From an uncultured Pseudobdellovibrionaceae bacterium (lineage in GTDB: Bacteria; Bdellovibrionota; Bdellovibrionia; Bdellovibrionales; UBA1609), in assembly GCA_963803705.1 (NCBI GenBank), contig CAWDNU010000001.1, forward strand, positions 544,001 to 608,000: 64,000 nucleotides of DNA, given 5' to 3'. Position numbers and translations under genes: made by a program. The notes under the pieces were generated by a model. That model did no database searches, was not told where the DNA came from, and saw only the letters and a list, made by a program, of their open reading frames with translations. The stretch's first letter is position 1; every line of letters starts with the position of its first letter. Below, in pieces: positions 48,833 through 59,700 of this stretch.

Positions 48833-50869
48833 ATGAAGTTTATTTTGTCAGTAATGGTTTTTTTCTTCGCATACCAATCGAATGCGGATATCGCTCTTTC
48901 ATGCAAGCACATTCCCCTGATTCAAAAAGGCTTCTTGGATCAGCACATAAATTTTAAAAAGTATTCGAAGAAGCTGGAAAAAAGAGTAATTGATCAGTTC
49001 ATAGAACGTCTAGACCCGTCCAAGCTATACCTTACTTCTGTCGACGTTAAGAACGCCGAAAAATACATGAGAGGGGTTTTAAAAAGAACTCAGCAAGTGG
49101 ATTGTTCGCCTATAATGAAGGTCTATGCAATTTACCAAACAAGGGTGGCTGAGCGATTAGAATTTGTAAAGTCTTATTTAGGGGATAAATATAAATTCGA
49201 TAAGAATGTATCTTTGAATTTGGATGCTGATAAGAGAGCAAGACCAAAAACCGTAAAAGAGATAGATGAATTTCACAAAAAATATTTACATTTTCAAATA
49301 TCGAATTATTTAGCAACTGATATTTCCTTGGATAAAGCAAAAGCAAAAGTAATAAAAAACTACAAAAGAGTTTCAAAAAAAATTGCTGGTTTAAATGAAG
49401 AAGATAGATTTGCAGATTATCTAGATTCGTTTGCAAGAGCCTTAGATCCTCATTCAAGCTATTTTTCCCGAGATGCTTTGGCTAATTTCGAAATTCAAAT
49501 GAAACTTTCTTTAGAAGGTATCGGCGCCACACTAAGATGGGAAGATGGCTTCACCGTTGTTGAAAGTTTAGTTGAAGGTGGATCTGCTGCGGTTAGCAAT
49601 CAGATCAAGCCAAAAGACAAAATTATTGCTGTTAGCCAGGGCCCAGGAAAACCTATGGAAGATGTTATAGACATGGACTTAAATGACGTGGTCAAAAAAA
49701 TTCGTGGTAAAAAAGGAACCCCCGTCCACTTGACTATACTTAGGAAGACAGGCGACACAACCAATCGTTTTGTCGCAAAACTCAAACGTGACAAAATTAA
49801 TTTAGAAGATGAAGCAGCGTCGATCACATACCAGAAAAGAAAAATAGGTGGAGACACAAAGTTGATAGGGTTGGTGAATTTACCCTCTTTTTATTCTGAT
49901 GGAAGGCGAGGCGGTAGATCTTCAGCTAAAGACTTGGCGAAGCTTTTGGTGGAAGCAAATTCTAAAAAAGTCGATGGTATCGTGCTAGATCTTTCTAGTA
50001 ATGGTGGTGGGAGTTTAGATGACGCCGTAAAAATTTCTGGTATGTTTTATAAGACAGGTAACGTGGTCAAACAGTCATCAAGCAATCCTATGCAGCCGGC
50101 GATGGTTCTGGCAGATATTAATTCTGATGTTAATTATAGCGGACCGTTAGTAATTCTAACCAGTAGAGTAAGCGCTTCTGCATCGGAGATTGTTTCGGGA
50201 ACTTTACAGGATTATAAGCGTGCAGTAGTTGTTGGGGCTGATCACACTTTTGGTAAAGGCACAGTGCAGTCAGTTGTGACTTTACCTAGCGTCGGAGCAT
50301 TGAAAGTCACTGTTGGAATGTTCTTTATTCCCGGGGGATATTCTACTCAACATAGGGGTGTCATTTCAGATATTAATTTTCCCAGCACTTTAGAGACAGA
50401 TGATATTGGTGAGAAAACTTACGACTACTCGCTTCCTCCGCAAAAATTAAATTCGTTCATATCGTCATCTGCTTTTGTCACCGAAGGTAAGTACAAGTGG
50501 AAGATTTTAGACAAGAAAACAATCAGTGCTCTTAAAGATGCGTCTGACAAAAGGATCAGCTCAGATGAAGAATTTAAAAAAATTGCAGATGATTTAGCCA
50601 AAGCCATTAAGCGTGGGAAAATTATTGATTTAGCCGAGGTCATGAAGGAAAAGAAGGATTCAAAAAAAGATGAAGAAGGCCCTTTAACTAAAAAACAAAA
50701 AATAGCTAAGTACGAGAAGAGGCCTGAAATTTTAGAGGCTATCAATATCGTAACCGATTTGATTGCTTTAGATAATGACATTCCCTTATCGAAAGTCCAA
50801 ACAAAGTCTTCGCAAGCCTCTAATTCTAAATCAACAAAGTCTAAAAAAACAAAAAAAGCCACTAACTAA
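48833..50869 (+). CDS. prc: carboxy-terminal processing (tail-specific) protease, S41A
   Basis: DPHSSY, LEGIGA, PDZ domain, NGGGSL, SASASEI, TFGKGTVQ. Confidence 0.93.
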   Translation: MKFILSVMVFFFAYQSNADIALSCKHIPLIQKGFLDQHINFKKYSKKLEKRVIDQFIERLDPSKLYLTSVDVKNAEKYMRGVLKRTQQVDCSPIMKVYAIYQTRVAERLEFVKSYLGDKYKFDKNVSLNLDADKRARPKTVKEIDEFHKKYLHFQISNYLATDISLDKAKAKVIKNYKRVSKKIAGLNEEDRFADYLDSFARALDPHSSYFSRDALANFEIQMKLSLEGIGATLRWEDGFTVVESLVEGGSAAVSNQIKPKDKIIAVSQGPGKPMEDVIDMDLNDVVKKIRGKKGTPVHLTILRKTGDTTNRFVAKLKRDKINLEDEAASITYQKRKIGGDTKLIGLVNLPSFYSDGRRGGRSSAKDLAKLLVEANSKKVDGIVLDLSSNGGGSLDDAVKISGMFYKTGNVVKQSSSNPMQPAMVLADINSDVNYSGPLVILTSRVSASASEIVSGTLQDYKRAVVVGADHTFGKGTVQSVVTLPSVGALKVTVGMFFIPGGYSTQHRGVISDINFPSTLETDDIGEKTYDYSLPPQKLNSFISSSAFVTEGKYKWKILDKKTISALKDASDKRISSDEEFKKIADDLAKAIKRGKIIDLAEVMKEKKDSKKDEEGPLTKKQKIAKYEKRPEILEAINIVTDLIALDNDIPLSKVQTKSSQASNSKSTKSKKTKKATN

Positions 50870-50889
50870 GATTGTTCAAATCTTACGGT

Positions 50890-50921
50890 AGAGTCTTAAG
50901 CCTGGTGGCTTAAGACTCTTT
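50890..50921 (+). terminator. strong hairpin/terminator after prc
   Basis: 13-bp perfect stem AGAGTCTTAAGCC-TGGT-GGCTTAAGACTCT; short T tail. Confidence 0.75.
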
Positions 50922-51148
50922 AGATTAAATGTCGGGCTAGGTAACTTTTTTATATGTCAAAATTGCTGCCTACAAGTGTGAAGTTAAAACCTAAAATAAG
51001 TTGATCCCGGTAAGCCAAATATGATGCCCCAAACAACTATGACGCGGCTTTCATAAATGCCAAATTAAAGACCTTAAGCTATCGTTTTTTCATATTGGGT
51101 GGGCTGATCTTAGCGTGTTCTAGCTACCTAGTTTCTAATGGGAGGTTT

Positions 51149-52255
51149 ATGATTCAGAATCAATCTTCAAAGACCGTAACTGGCTCTAAGAAAAAACCAG
51201 TGATAAACAAAAAAGTTAGTAAAGCATCTAAAATTTTTTCTAAGTCAAAACATAAAAAAGACTTTATGGGCTTGGATTCAAGTCTTGTTAAGAAAATATA
51301 CACTTTGATGCTTAAATCTAGAGTTTTAGAAGAGCGTTTGATTAAAATATATAAAGCCGGTGAAGCTTTTTTTTGGATAGGAGCACCAGGTGAAGAGGCC
51401 TTTGGTGTACCGCTTGGCTTACTAGTTAAAAAGGGTCACGGTGTAAAATTTGATTACCTACATCTACATTACAGGGCAACGCCAACGGTTGTCGCAATGG
51501 GAATGCCCCTGATCGACTCGGTTCGATTGATTATGAACAAGGTCACAGATCCCCATACTGGTGGAAGAAATTTTAGCAATCACTATTGTATACCTAAATG
51601 GAATGTTACTCCTATAACTTCTCCAATTGGGGTTCAATACAATTTTGCAATTGGAACCGGTCTAGCCCAAACAAATGAAAAAAGCTCTGGTATTTCCATC
51701 ATCACTGGTGGTGATGCTGGTTCAGCTGAAAGTGACTTTGCAAGTTGTCTGATTTGGGCTAGTCGTCCAGAGCGACCTTTGCCACTTCTTATAACTGTAC
51801 AAAATAATAAATGGGGCATATCTACTTCTTACGACGACCAACATGGCGAAGAGTATGTGGCCGACAGGGGCAAAGCTTTTGGTATAAGGACAAGAGTGAT
51901 TAATGGGAACGATCCAATCGAAACCTACGTGGCACTGACAGAAGAAATGAGTTACATTCGTACAGAAAGAAAGCCAGTTTTGTTAGAAGCGAAGGTGTCC
52001 AGGCTTTACGGTCACTCTTCAGCTTCTGGTGCTAATTTTGATAGTTCAGAACCTGACTGCTTAAGTATTTTTGAAGATAAAGTCAAAAAAGCTGATTTAG
52101 TGACAGACAGTGAAATTAAGACTTTACGAACTTCTTTTGAAAGCGAAGCTCGTCAGGCTATGGAAACTGTTAGAAAAGAATCCTTTCCTTCATCTGATAG
52201 CATATGGGATCACACCTATTTTCAAAGTGAGAATGCGGATTGGAGGAAGTTTTAA
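51149..52255 (+). CDS. 2-oxo-acid (branched-chain-type) dehydrogenase E1 alpha
   Basis: GEEAFG, LHYR, GDAG...QNNKWGIS ThDP motif, RLYGHSS; ATG 51149 after GGGAGG. Confidence 0.9.
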   Translation: MIQNQSSKTVTGSKKKPVINKKVSKASKIFSKSKHKKDFMGLDSSLVKKIYTLMLKSRVLEERLIKIYKAGEAFFWIGAPGEEAFGVPLGLLVKKGHGVKFDYLHLHYRATPTVVAMGMPLIDSVRLIMNKVTDPHTGGRNFSNHYCIPKWNVTPITSPIGVQYNFAIGTGLAQTNEKSSGISIITGGDAGSAESDFASCLIWASRPERPLPLLITVQNNKWGISTSYDDQHGEEYVADRGKAFGIRTRVINGNDPIETYVALTEEMSYIRTERKPVLLEAKVSRLYGHSSASGANFDSSEPDCLSIFEDKVKKADLVTDSEIKTLRTSFESEARQAMETVRKESFPSSDSIWDHTYFQSENADWRKF

Positions 52256-53313
52256 TGGCTAATATGGCTCAAGCCATAAGGATGGCTTTGCATTACTCGG
52301 AAAAAAATTTGGGTGTGACTGAAATCTTTGGACAAGATGTAGGCCCACCTTTGGGGGGTGTGTTTACTTGCACCCAGGGTTTAAAAAATTCATGGAATAC
52401 TCCATTAGATGAGCGAGGCATTGTTGGGGCCGCTATTGGTTTGGGTTTGGCAGGACAAAAGTGTGTCGCTGAAATACAATTTTGCGACTATATCTTTAAC
52501 ACAATAGATCTTTTAAAGATGGCAGGTAACACTCACTGGACGACAAACGGTCAGTACAATTTACCAATAGTTTTGATGACTCCAACAGGTGCAGGCATTC
52601 GGGGTTCGGTTTATCATAGTCACAGCTTTGATTCGTGGGCTAGTCGGTTGGCCGGCTGGAAAGTAGTTATGCCTTCAAACCCTTTGGACGCTTACGGCTT
52701 AATGTTATCAGCTGTAAAGGACCCTAACCCAGTAATGTTTTTAAAACCTAAATCTTTACTTAGAGTTCGTGGAAAGAAACTTATTCCAGGCGAGCCCAGC
52801 GACGAAAAAGAACTAAAACAAAGAATAGATGCTCCTTTAGGCGATCGCTCTAAGTGGAAGCCAAATTGGCCAGACTTACAGGATTTTGAAGTGCCTATTG
52901 GTAAAGCCAAAATCCTTATCGAGGGCACAGAATTGACAGTGGTAAGTTATGGTCGCACTTTGCCGCTCTGCCAAAAGATAGCAAAAAAACTAAAATCCAA
53001 CAACGGAACATCTGTGGAAGTTATCGACCTTAGGTCTATTTATCCTTACGACTGGCAGGCTTTAAAAAAATCGATAAAAAAAACTGGCAGAGTGTTATTT
53101 GTCAACGAGGATACAGAAGTGACTAACTTTGGTGAGCACTTAGCTTACCGATGCACCCAAGAACTATTTTATGAACTTATGGCTCGTCCTAAAGTTCTTG
53201 CCGGCAAGCAAATTCCAGGCATAGGTTTATACCCAGGTTTAGAAGAGGCTAGTGTTCCTTATGAAGATGAGATCGAAAAAGAAATGTTAGAAATTTTGGC
53301 CGAAGTGCCCTAA
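52255..53313 (+). CDS. 2-oxo-acid dehydrogenase E1 beta
   Basis: GQDVG...GGVF, NTPLDE, AEIQFCDY, YHSHS, EVIDLRSIYP; TAATG coupling with E1 alpha. Confidence 0.92.
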   Translation: MANMAQAIRMALHYSEKNLGVTEIFGQDVGPPLGGVFTCTQGLKNSWNTPLDERGIVGAAIGLGLAGQKCVAEIQFCDYIFNTIDLLKMAGNTHWTTNGQYNLPIVLMTPTGAGIRGSVYHSHSFDSWASRLAGWKVVMPSNPLDAYGLMLSAVKDPNPVMFLKPKSLLRVRGKKLIPGEPSDEKELKQRIDAPLGDRSKWKPNWPDLQDFEVPIGKAKILIEGTELTVVSYGRTLPLCQKIAKKLKSNNGTSVEVIDLRSIYPYDWQALKKSIKKTGRVLFVNEDTEVTNFGEHLAYRCTQELFYELMARPKVLAGKQIPGIGLYPGLEEASVPYEDEIEKEMLEILAEVP

Positions 53314-53326
53314 TGAAGGACTGAAT

Positions 53327-54112
53327 ATGCAAGATTTTGATAAATATAAGTACTATAAAGAGTCTGTTCAATCCCCTGAAAATGATGTTGCCTTTTTCCA
53401 GAAAATTTACAAAGAGGCCTTCGATAAAGAGCCCGAGACCTTAAGAGAAGATTTTTGTGGCACTTTTTCGATCTGTTGTGAATGGATCAAGCTAGATCAA
53501 AATAAAAAGTCTATTGGTCTTGATTTAGATAAAGAGCCTATTGATTACGGTTTTAAGACAAACTTTTTAGATCTTAATAAAGAACAGCAAAGTCGCGTGA
53601 GTATATTGCAGCAGAATGTCTTAAGCCCTGAACTACCGTCAGCAGACATTATAGCTGCGCTGAATTTTTCGTATTTTCTATTTAAAGAGCGCAAGCAACT
53701 GAAAGACTATTTTACTAATGTTTACAAGACTTTGAATCCAAATTCATTGTTTGTCATGGACTGTTTTGGTGGTCCAGCTGCCCAAACAGAAAACGAAGAG
53801 GAAACAGAGCATGAAGGTTTTAGTTATTTTTGGGATCAAGATAGCTTCAATCCCATAAATAACAACGCTGTTTTTCACATACATTTTAAAATTGATGGGC
53901 AAGAAAAGGTAGAGAAATCTTTCACCTATGACTGGCGCATGTGGTCTTTGCCTGAGCTTCAAGACATCATGAAAGAAGTTGGCTTTGCAGATGTTCACGT
54001 TTTATGGGAAGCCGATGATGAGGACGGCGAAGGCAACGGAGAGTTCTACAGAGCAGATCAAGGCGAGGACTGTGAAGCATGGGTTGCTTACGTTGTTGGG
54101 AAAAAGCTTTAG
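53327..54112 (+). CDS. class I SAM-dependent methyltransferase
   Basis: YKESVQSP, LREDFCGT, GLDLD, ALNFSY, FTYDWRMWSLPE. Confidence 0.8.
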   Translation: MQDFDKYKYYKESVQSPENDVAFFQKIYKEAFDKEPETLREDFCGTFSICCEWIKLDQNKKSIGLDLDKEPIDYGFKTNFLDLNKEQQSRVSILQQNVLSPELPSADIIAALNFSYFLFKERKQLKDYFTNVYKTLNPNSLFVMDCFGGPAAQTENEEETEHEGFSYFWDQDSFNPINNNAVFHIHFKIDGQEKVEKSFTYDWRMWSLPELQDIMKEVGFADVHVLWEADDEDGEGNGEFYRADQGEDCEAWVAYVVGKKL

Positions 54113-54130
54113 TCTTAGTGTTAAACTTCT

Positions 54131-54398
54131 AAAATTATCACTTATTCTTTTTATAATATTCCAATTAAATTTTGAACTTTATTCCTAGCCTACGTCCTAA
54201 AAGGCTCAAACATACTTTGTCACTTGGCTTGCAAATCTAATCTAAACGAAATTTAAAAAAATTTGTAAATTTTTGCTGTATTTATATTTAGCGAATTACA
54301 GCAAGCCTTCATGCCAAAGAACTCGCTTTTAGGACGTAGGCTAGGAATAAAGTTCAAAATTTAATTGGAATACTATCAAAAGGATAAGTGATAGTTTT
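54131..54398. repeat. long inverted-repeat element: 73-bp arms (4 mismatches, inner 47 bp perfect) around a 122-bp spacer
   Basis: Left arm 54131-54203 (AAAATTATCACTTATT...CCTAGCCTACGTCCTAAAAG) matches the reverse complement of 54326-54398. Confidence 0.95.
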
Positions 54399-54580
54399 TG
54401 AAATCTAGCTTAGTAAATCGTTCCAATTTGATACTCTGGAAAAAAATAATTTTTTGTTGAGTAAATGTTTGGAATTCTTAATGTTTTAGGATTTTAGATG
54501 ACTCCATTTCACTTATAATTGAAACTTTATCTTGTTTAATCGATTACACTTTGTAATGCAGCCATGTGACTGGAGGGTCT

Positions 54581-54925
54581 ATGCTAAGCAGATTTGTAAG
54601 TATCATCGTTTTGTTCATTTTTTGTTCCGTCTCGTATGCCGGATATGAAAAACGACAAGATGTACAAAATAAAAGAATTGCAAATGGGAAAAGATCTGGA
54701 AGTTTAAATAAAAGAGAAGCAAAAAATCTAGATCATGGGCAAGCTAAAGTTAAACGTAAATCAAAACGCTTTGAGCAATCAAAAGCCAACGTGAATGCAG
54801 ATGGTAAAGTAACCAAGAAAGAGCGTCGCAAGCTTGCTAAACAGCGTGTTAAATTAATAAAAATACAAAACAAGCAGTCAAAGAAGATACAGAATAAAAA
54901 AATGAACAGAAGAAAAGCTAGGTAG
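54581..54925 (+). CDS. small, very basic exported protein with GxL/VxxxE repeats
   Basis: ATG after GGAGG; signal peptide ending SYA; RQ..Q..RI..G..SGSLNKREA..L and DGKVTKKERRKL. Confidence 0.75.
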   Translation: MLSRFVSIIVLFIFCSVSYAGYEKRQDVQNKRIANGKRSGSLNKREAKNLDHGQAKVKRKSKRFEQSKANVNADGKVTKKERRKLAKQRVKLIKIQNKQSKKIQNKKMNRRKAR

Positions 54926-55170
54926 AGTTGTTAGTAGCGCTTTACATCACAAAAAATACCCTTTTAATATATGAACATTTTTTATCAGAGCATTATTTGA
55001 TTGTACATTCAGAGTACAGTTAAACTAGATATATCGCTCAAAATATTCAATTCTAACCAATCTAACACCACCCACCAACCATCAGTCTGGATACCCGTGA
55101 TCCAAATCTGAAAAAGTTTGCCTAAATTTCAAAATAAACCTTGTTCTCCTTAAATTTACCGATTACTTTT

Positions 55171-55192
55171 AATTCAAACGTTTGTTTGAATT
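55171..55192. promoter_or_regulatory. palindromic operator, probably for the operon's TetR regulator
   Basis: AATTCAAAC-GTTT-GTTTGAATT, immediately before the GGAG SD of the TolC gene. Confidence 0.65.
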
Positions 55193-55201
55193 GGAGTAAA
55201 T

Positions 55202-56701
55202 GTGAAGCACAATTTATTTTTATGGATCTTTTGTCTATTGACAGTCGGTATTTCTAAAGTGGAAGCACAACCCAGCAAGGCTATAAGCCAAGATAGTTTG
55301 GAAGATGCAAATTCTAATTTTGTTCTAGTTGAATCAGCCTTGAAAAAGATGATCGATAATAATCCGCCTTCGGTGCAACAGATAGAAGCTAGCTTTCTGG
55401 ATTTAAAACGTACTGATCTGGCATCCAAGGACAAATTTGGGCTTAGATTAGAAGCTGATGGAACCATTTACAAATCTAAGGAACGCCTGCTAGGCCCGTT
55501 TGATCCAGTAACCCAAAGTACTAGAGAATATAACGTTGGTATAATTAAGCCTACACAATACGGTTTAGATTTAAGCATAAAGGCTTTTGGCAATAGAACA
55601 GTAAATGCTTTTTTACCTAATGGATCTTCAACAAGCGGTGTGGTTCTAGGCCTAAATGTTGATCTATATAAGAACTTTTTAGGTCGAATGACCAATACTG
55701 AATTAAAACAAACTGGAGCGGCTTTAAAAAGAGCCAAACTTGAAAGAAAAATTGAAATGAAAACTTTCGAATCTAATCTAAGAAAATTATATTGGTCATT
55801 AGTTGCTAACAAGGAAAAACAAGATTTGTTAAAGTCGCTTGTCAAAACAGCTGAACGACAATTAGCAGACTCTGTTCAAAGGCAAAAATCCGGCGTAACA
55901 GATAGAGGAGAAACAGCTCGGTTTAGATCACAGCTTTCATCCAGGAAAGCAAACTTGCTATCATTGGAATACGAGCTAAGTGGCTATCTTAAAAATTTAA
56001 GGGAACTTCTTCCCGAACTGAAGACAAAAAAAATTACAGTTGGGCCCTATGATGTTGATGAAACTATAAAGCGTGTTTTTGAGTGCATAGGCACAATCAA
56101 CAGCCAAGAACAAACACCGATGGTATATACGTTTTATGATGAAATAGTAGATTTCCTTGTAAAAGAAGAGATGTACCAGCAGAAAATTTTAAGAGCTTAT
56201 GATGACATTGATATAAAGCTTGAAGGTGAATATTCTAACGTAGGTCGAGATTTTACCCTCCAAGATTCACAGCAAAATTTATTGGACGATCCCAGAGATC
56301 GTTCTAGGATAGCCTTAAGAATCTCTGTACCATTAGATGGATCCAAAACTAAGACAAAAAAAGTAACCCAATTGGCAACTAAAAATAGGTTTAGATCTCA
56401 AGCTCAAAGTAATTTAGCCAAAATGAATTCTTTTCATGTAGAAACAATCGAAATTATTAAAGCTTTAATGGAGGTTTTGAAATCCCAAAAAAATACAAGC
56501 AAATATCTGGGTATAAGCATAAGTGAAAGCCGCAAAAAGTTTAACCAGGGCCGTATCAGTATTCAGGAATTTATAAGCGAAGAGGATTCCCAGATTCAAA
56601 ATAAATTAAATGAAATTGAAAGCAATCTAATAATTTTAACTACTTTAATTGACTACTTTAGTATTTTTACTGAAACACCATGCGAATTCAACAGGATCTA
56701 A
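55202..56701 (+). CDS. TolC family outer-membrane efflux protein
   Basis: Signal peptide, two OEP-like repeats (LYWSLV, LRISVPL, RKKFNQGRISI), directly upstream of an RND gene. Confidence 0.8.
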   Translation: MKHNLFLWIFCLLTVGISKVEAQPSKAISQDSLEDANSNFVLVESALKKMIDNNPPSVQQIEASFLDLKRTDLASKDKFGLRLEADGTIYKSKERLLGPFDPVTQSTREYNVGIIKPTQYGLDLSIKAFGNRTVNAFLPNGSSTSGVVLGLNVDLYKNFLGRMTNTELKQTGAALKRAKLERKIEMKTFESNLRKLYWSLVANKEKQDLLKSLVKTAERQLADSVQRQKSGVTDRGETARFRSQLSSRKANLLSLEYELSGYLKNLRELLPELKTKKITVGPYDVDETIKRVFECIGTINSQEQTPMVYTFYDEIVDFLVKEEMYQQKILRAYDDIDIKLEGEYSNVGRDFTLQDSQQNLLDDPRDRSRIALRISVPLDGSKTKTKKVTQLATKNRFRSQAQSNLAKMNSFHVETIEIIKALMEVLKSQKNTSKYLGISISESRKKFNQGRISIQEFISEEDSQIQNKLNEIESNLIILTTLIDYFSIFTETPCEFNRI

Positions 56702-56702
56702 T

Positions 56703-59700
56703 ATGAAATCATTGGCTTTGTTTTTTATCGAAAACACTAAATTGACTATTGTTTTGTCAGTAGGATTAATATTCTTTGGTTATAATGGGTACAACCAGAT
56801 GAACGCAGAAAGCTTTCCCAGCGTCTCGTTTGCCACAGCTACTGTAGTGACTGTTTATGATGGAGCCACTTCATCAGACATAGAAACAAAAATCACTAAA
56901 CCTATCGAAGATGAGATTAGAGGTGTAACAGGACTTAAAGATGTGAAGTCGGTCTCGCAAGCGGGTTTATCTACGATCGTAGTTAGAGTCGACATGGACG
57001 ATTCAAAAGTTGATGTAGACAAAGCAATGGCTGATATACAAAAAGCTGTAGATCGAGTGCAGGATTTACCAATGGATCTAAAAGATCAACCAAAGTTCAC
57101 CGAACTAAAAAGTGACGAATTCCCAGTTATGGAAATAGCAATTATCGGATCGAATAAAGACAGGCGTCGTGACTTGGTCACCGACCTAATGAAAGAGGAT
57201 ATTGAAGATAATAGATCTGTAAAGCAAGTTCGATTGGTCGGCTATCGGGAACGAGCCTTTGAAATTTACCTAGACTTAGAAAAACTAGAATCAAACTACA
57301 TTTCGGTTAACGAAGTCATGATGAAAATCCAAAGCAGGAATTCTAATACTCCTGGGGGTCCATTAAGAGCTTCTAAAAATCAGAAGTTAGTGAGAGTAGA
57401 GGGAAAGATTCAGAATGTTAAAGATCTAGAAAAACTGGTTGTTCGGTCAAACTTTAGCGGAAAGACAATTTTACTAGGTGATATAGCTGAAATTAAGGAT
57501 TCCCAAGAGGAAGCCACTGTCCTTGGACGCTACAATGGTAAGGAGGCTTCTTTATTAGTGGTTAACAAGAAATCTGGTGCCGACACTATCAAAATGGTTT
57601 CAGAATTAGATGAAATTCTTGCAGATTATAAAAGTAGAATTAAAGACTTAGATTTTGTTTTGTATATCTCTGAAGGCTTAAAGGTCAAAAATAGAGTAGA
57701 AGTTTTGAAAAGTAATGCTCTATCAGGTCTGGTTCTGGTTATTATATTTCTATTCATTTTTTTGCCGGGGAAAATTGGTTTGGTGGCATCAATGTCTTTG
57801 CCACTAGCTATTATGGGCACGCTAGGGGTGATGCCTACGTTCGGAATGAATATAGACGCTATAACAGTGTTAGCTCTTGTTATCGCCCTAGGCATGATGG
57901 TGGATAATTCAGTTGTCATAAGCGAAAATTTTACCAGACTTAGAAAAGATGGAATGCCAGCTTTAGACGCTGCAACTAAATCAATCGAAACACTTTGGCT
58001 TCCTATCACTGCTACAGCCTTTACGACCATTGCTGCTTTTTTACCTATGCTTGTTACAAAAGGTATAATGGGTCAATTTATTATGGCCATTCCGATTGTT
58101 GTGACAATGGCTTTGATGCTTTCCTTGTTAGAGTCATTCTTTTTTCTTCCGATGCGATTGACCTGGGCTGGAAAAAAATTAAAGACCGATGGTAAAGATG
58201 ATACTTCAGATTGGTTTACAAAATTTGAGTCTAAATTCGAAAGTTTCATGAGCGTGGTTGTAAAGCACAGATACATTACGTCTTTATTTTTTGGATTATG
58301 CGTTGGTTTTTCTTTGTTCATGATGGTAGCCATGAACAGTTTTGAGCTTTTTCCTGCTGATCAGACAGAGGTTTATTTAGCAAGATTAGAGATGCCTAGG
58401 GGAACCCGTTTAGAAGAAACTCACGAAAAACTCAAACTAATATCAACTGAAGTTAAAAATGTACTTAAAGATGATGTTAATCATATTATTTCAAGAGCGG
58501 GCACTTCTCAAATGGGCCCTGGTGATCCAAAAGCACAAGATGGAAACAGTGTAGGAATGTTAACTATTTATGTTAGCGATTATGCGAAATACAACAGACC
58601 TTACACTGACGTACTGAAGGATTTAAAAAAAATAAAACCAGATTACGTCAAATCACTTTCTTTCCAAGAAGTGATAAATGGCCCACCAGTTGGGAATGCT
58701 ATTGAGGCAACTTTTAGGTCAAATTCTGAAAAAGACATAGACAAAATGATTGGCCAGGTTATTTCAGAGTTAGAAAAAAATAAAGGTGTAGAAAACCTAA
58801 ATGTTGATGATGTTATAGGTGATGATGAAGTCTTTGTAGATATAGATTACTCTAAGTCTGCAAGATTAGGAATTAATGTGAACACTGTAGGTTCAACAAT
58901 TAGAACGGCTATTTCAGGCAACAGAGTTTCAGACGTTACGCTAGACAATAAAGAAGTAGATTTAGTCTTAAGGTTAAAAGAAAACTACCGTCAAGATGTA
59001 GATGCCTTAAAAAAATTAGTCGTGAACGACCCAAAGGGTAATCTGGTAGTTTTAGATTCCTTTGCTGATTTTCGTGTTGAAAGCGGAACACCTCAAATAA
59101 AAAGGTTTGATTTCAAAAGGTCAAAAACTTTAACTGGCGATGTCGACAATATTAATATCACTTCTATAGAGGCCAATAAAATCGTAAATGATTATTTTGA
59201 AAAGCATAAGGATGAGATTCCGGGTATTAGCCTGGTTTTTGGTGGAGCTCAAGAATCAACAAACGAGTCAATGAGCTCGCTATTTTCGGCATTACAGCTA
59301 AGCTTGATTGGAATTTTTGCACTTTTGGTGTTCTTATTCAAATCGTATTTGCGACCAGCAATTATTATGACCACAATACCTCTTGGGCTTTTTGGTTTTT
59401 CCATAGCCTTTTATTTGCATCAAAGACCAATTTCTTTTTTAGCTTTAATTGGGATTATTGGTTTAGGTGGCATTATTGTAAACTCAGGAATAGTCCTTAT
59501 AAGTTTTATCGACGAGATGAAAGCTGAGGGTAAATTTTCTTTGAATGATATTTTAGTTAAAGCGTCAGGTATGAGACTTCGTGCAGTTTTTGTTACCAGC
59601 CTAACAACTGTTGGTGGTCTTTTCCCCACTGCTTACGGCATAGGTGGGAATGACGCTTTGCTGATTCCTATGACCTTAGCAATGGCTTGGGGTCTAACCT

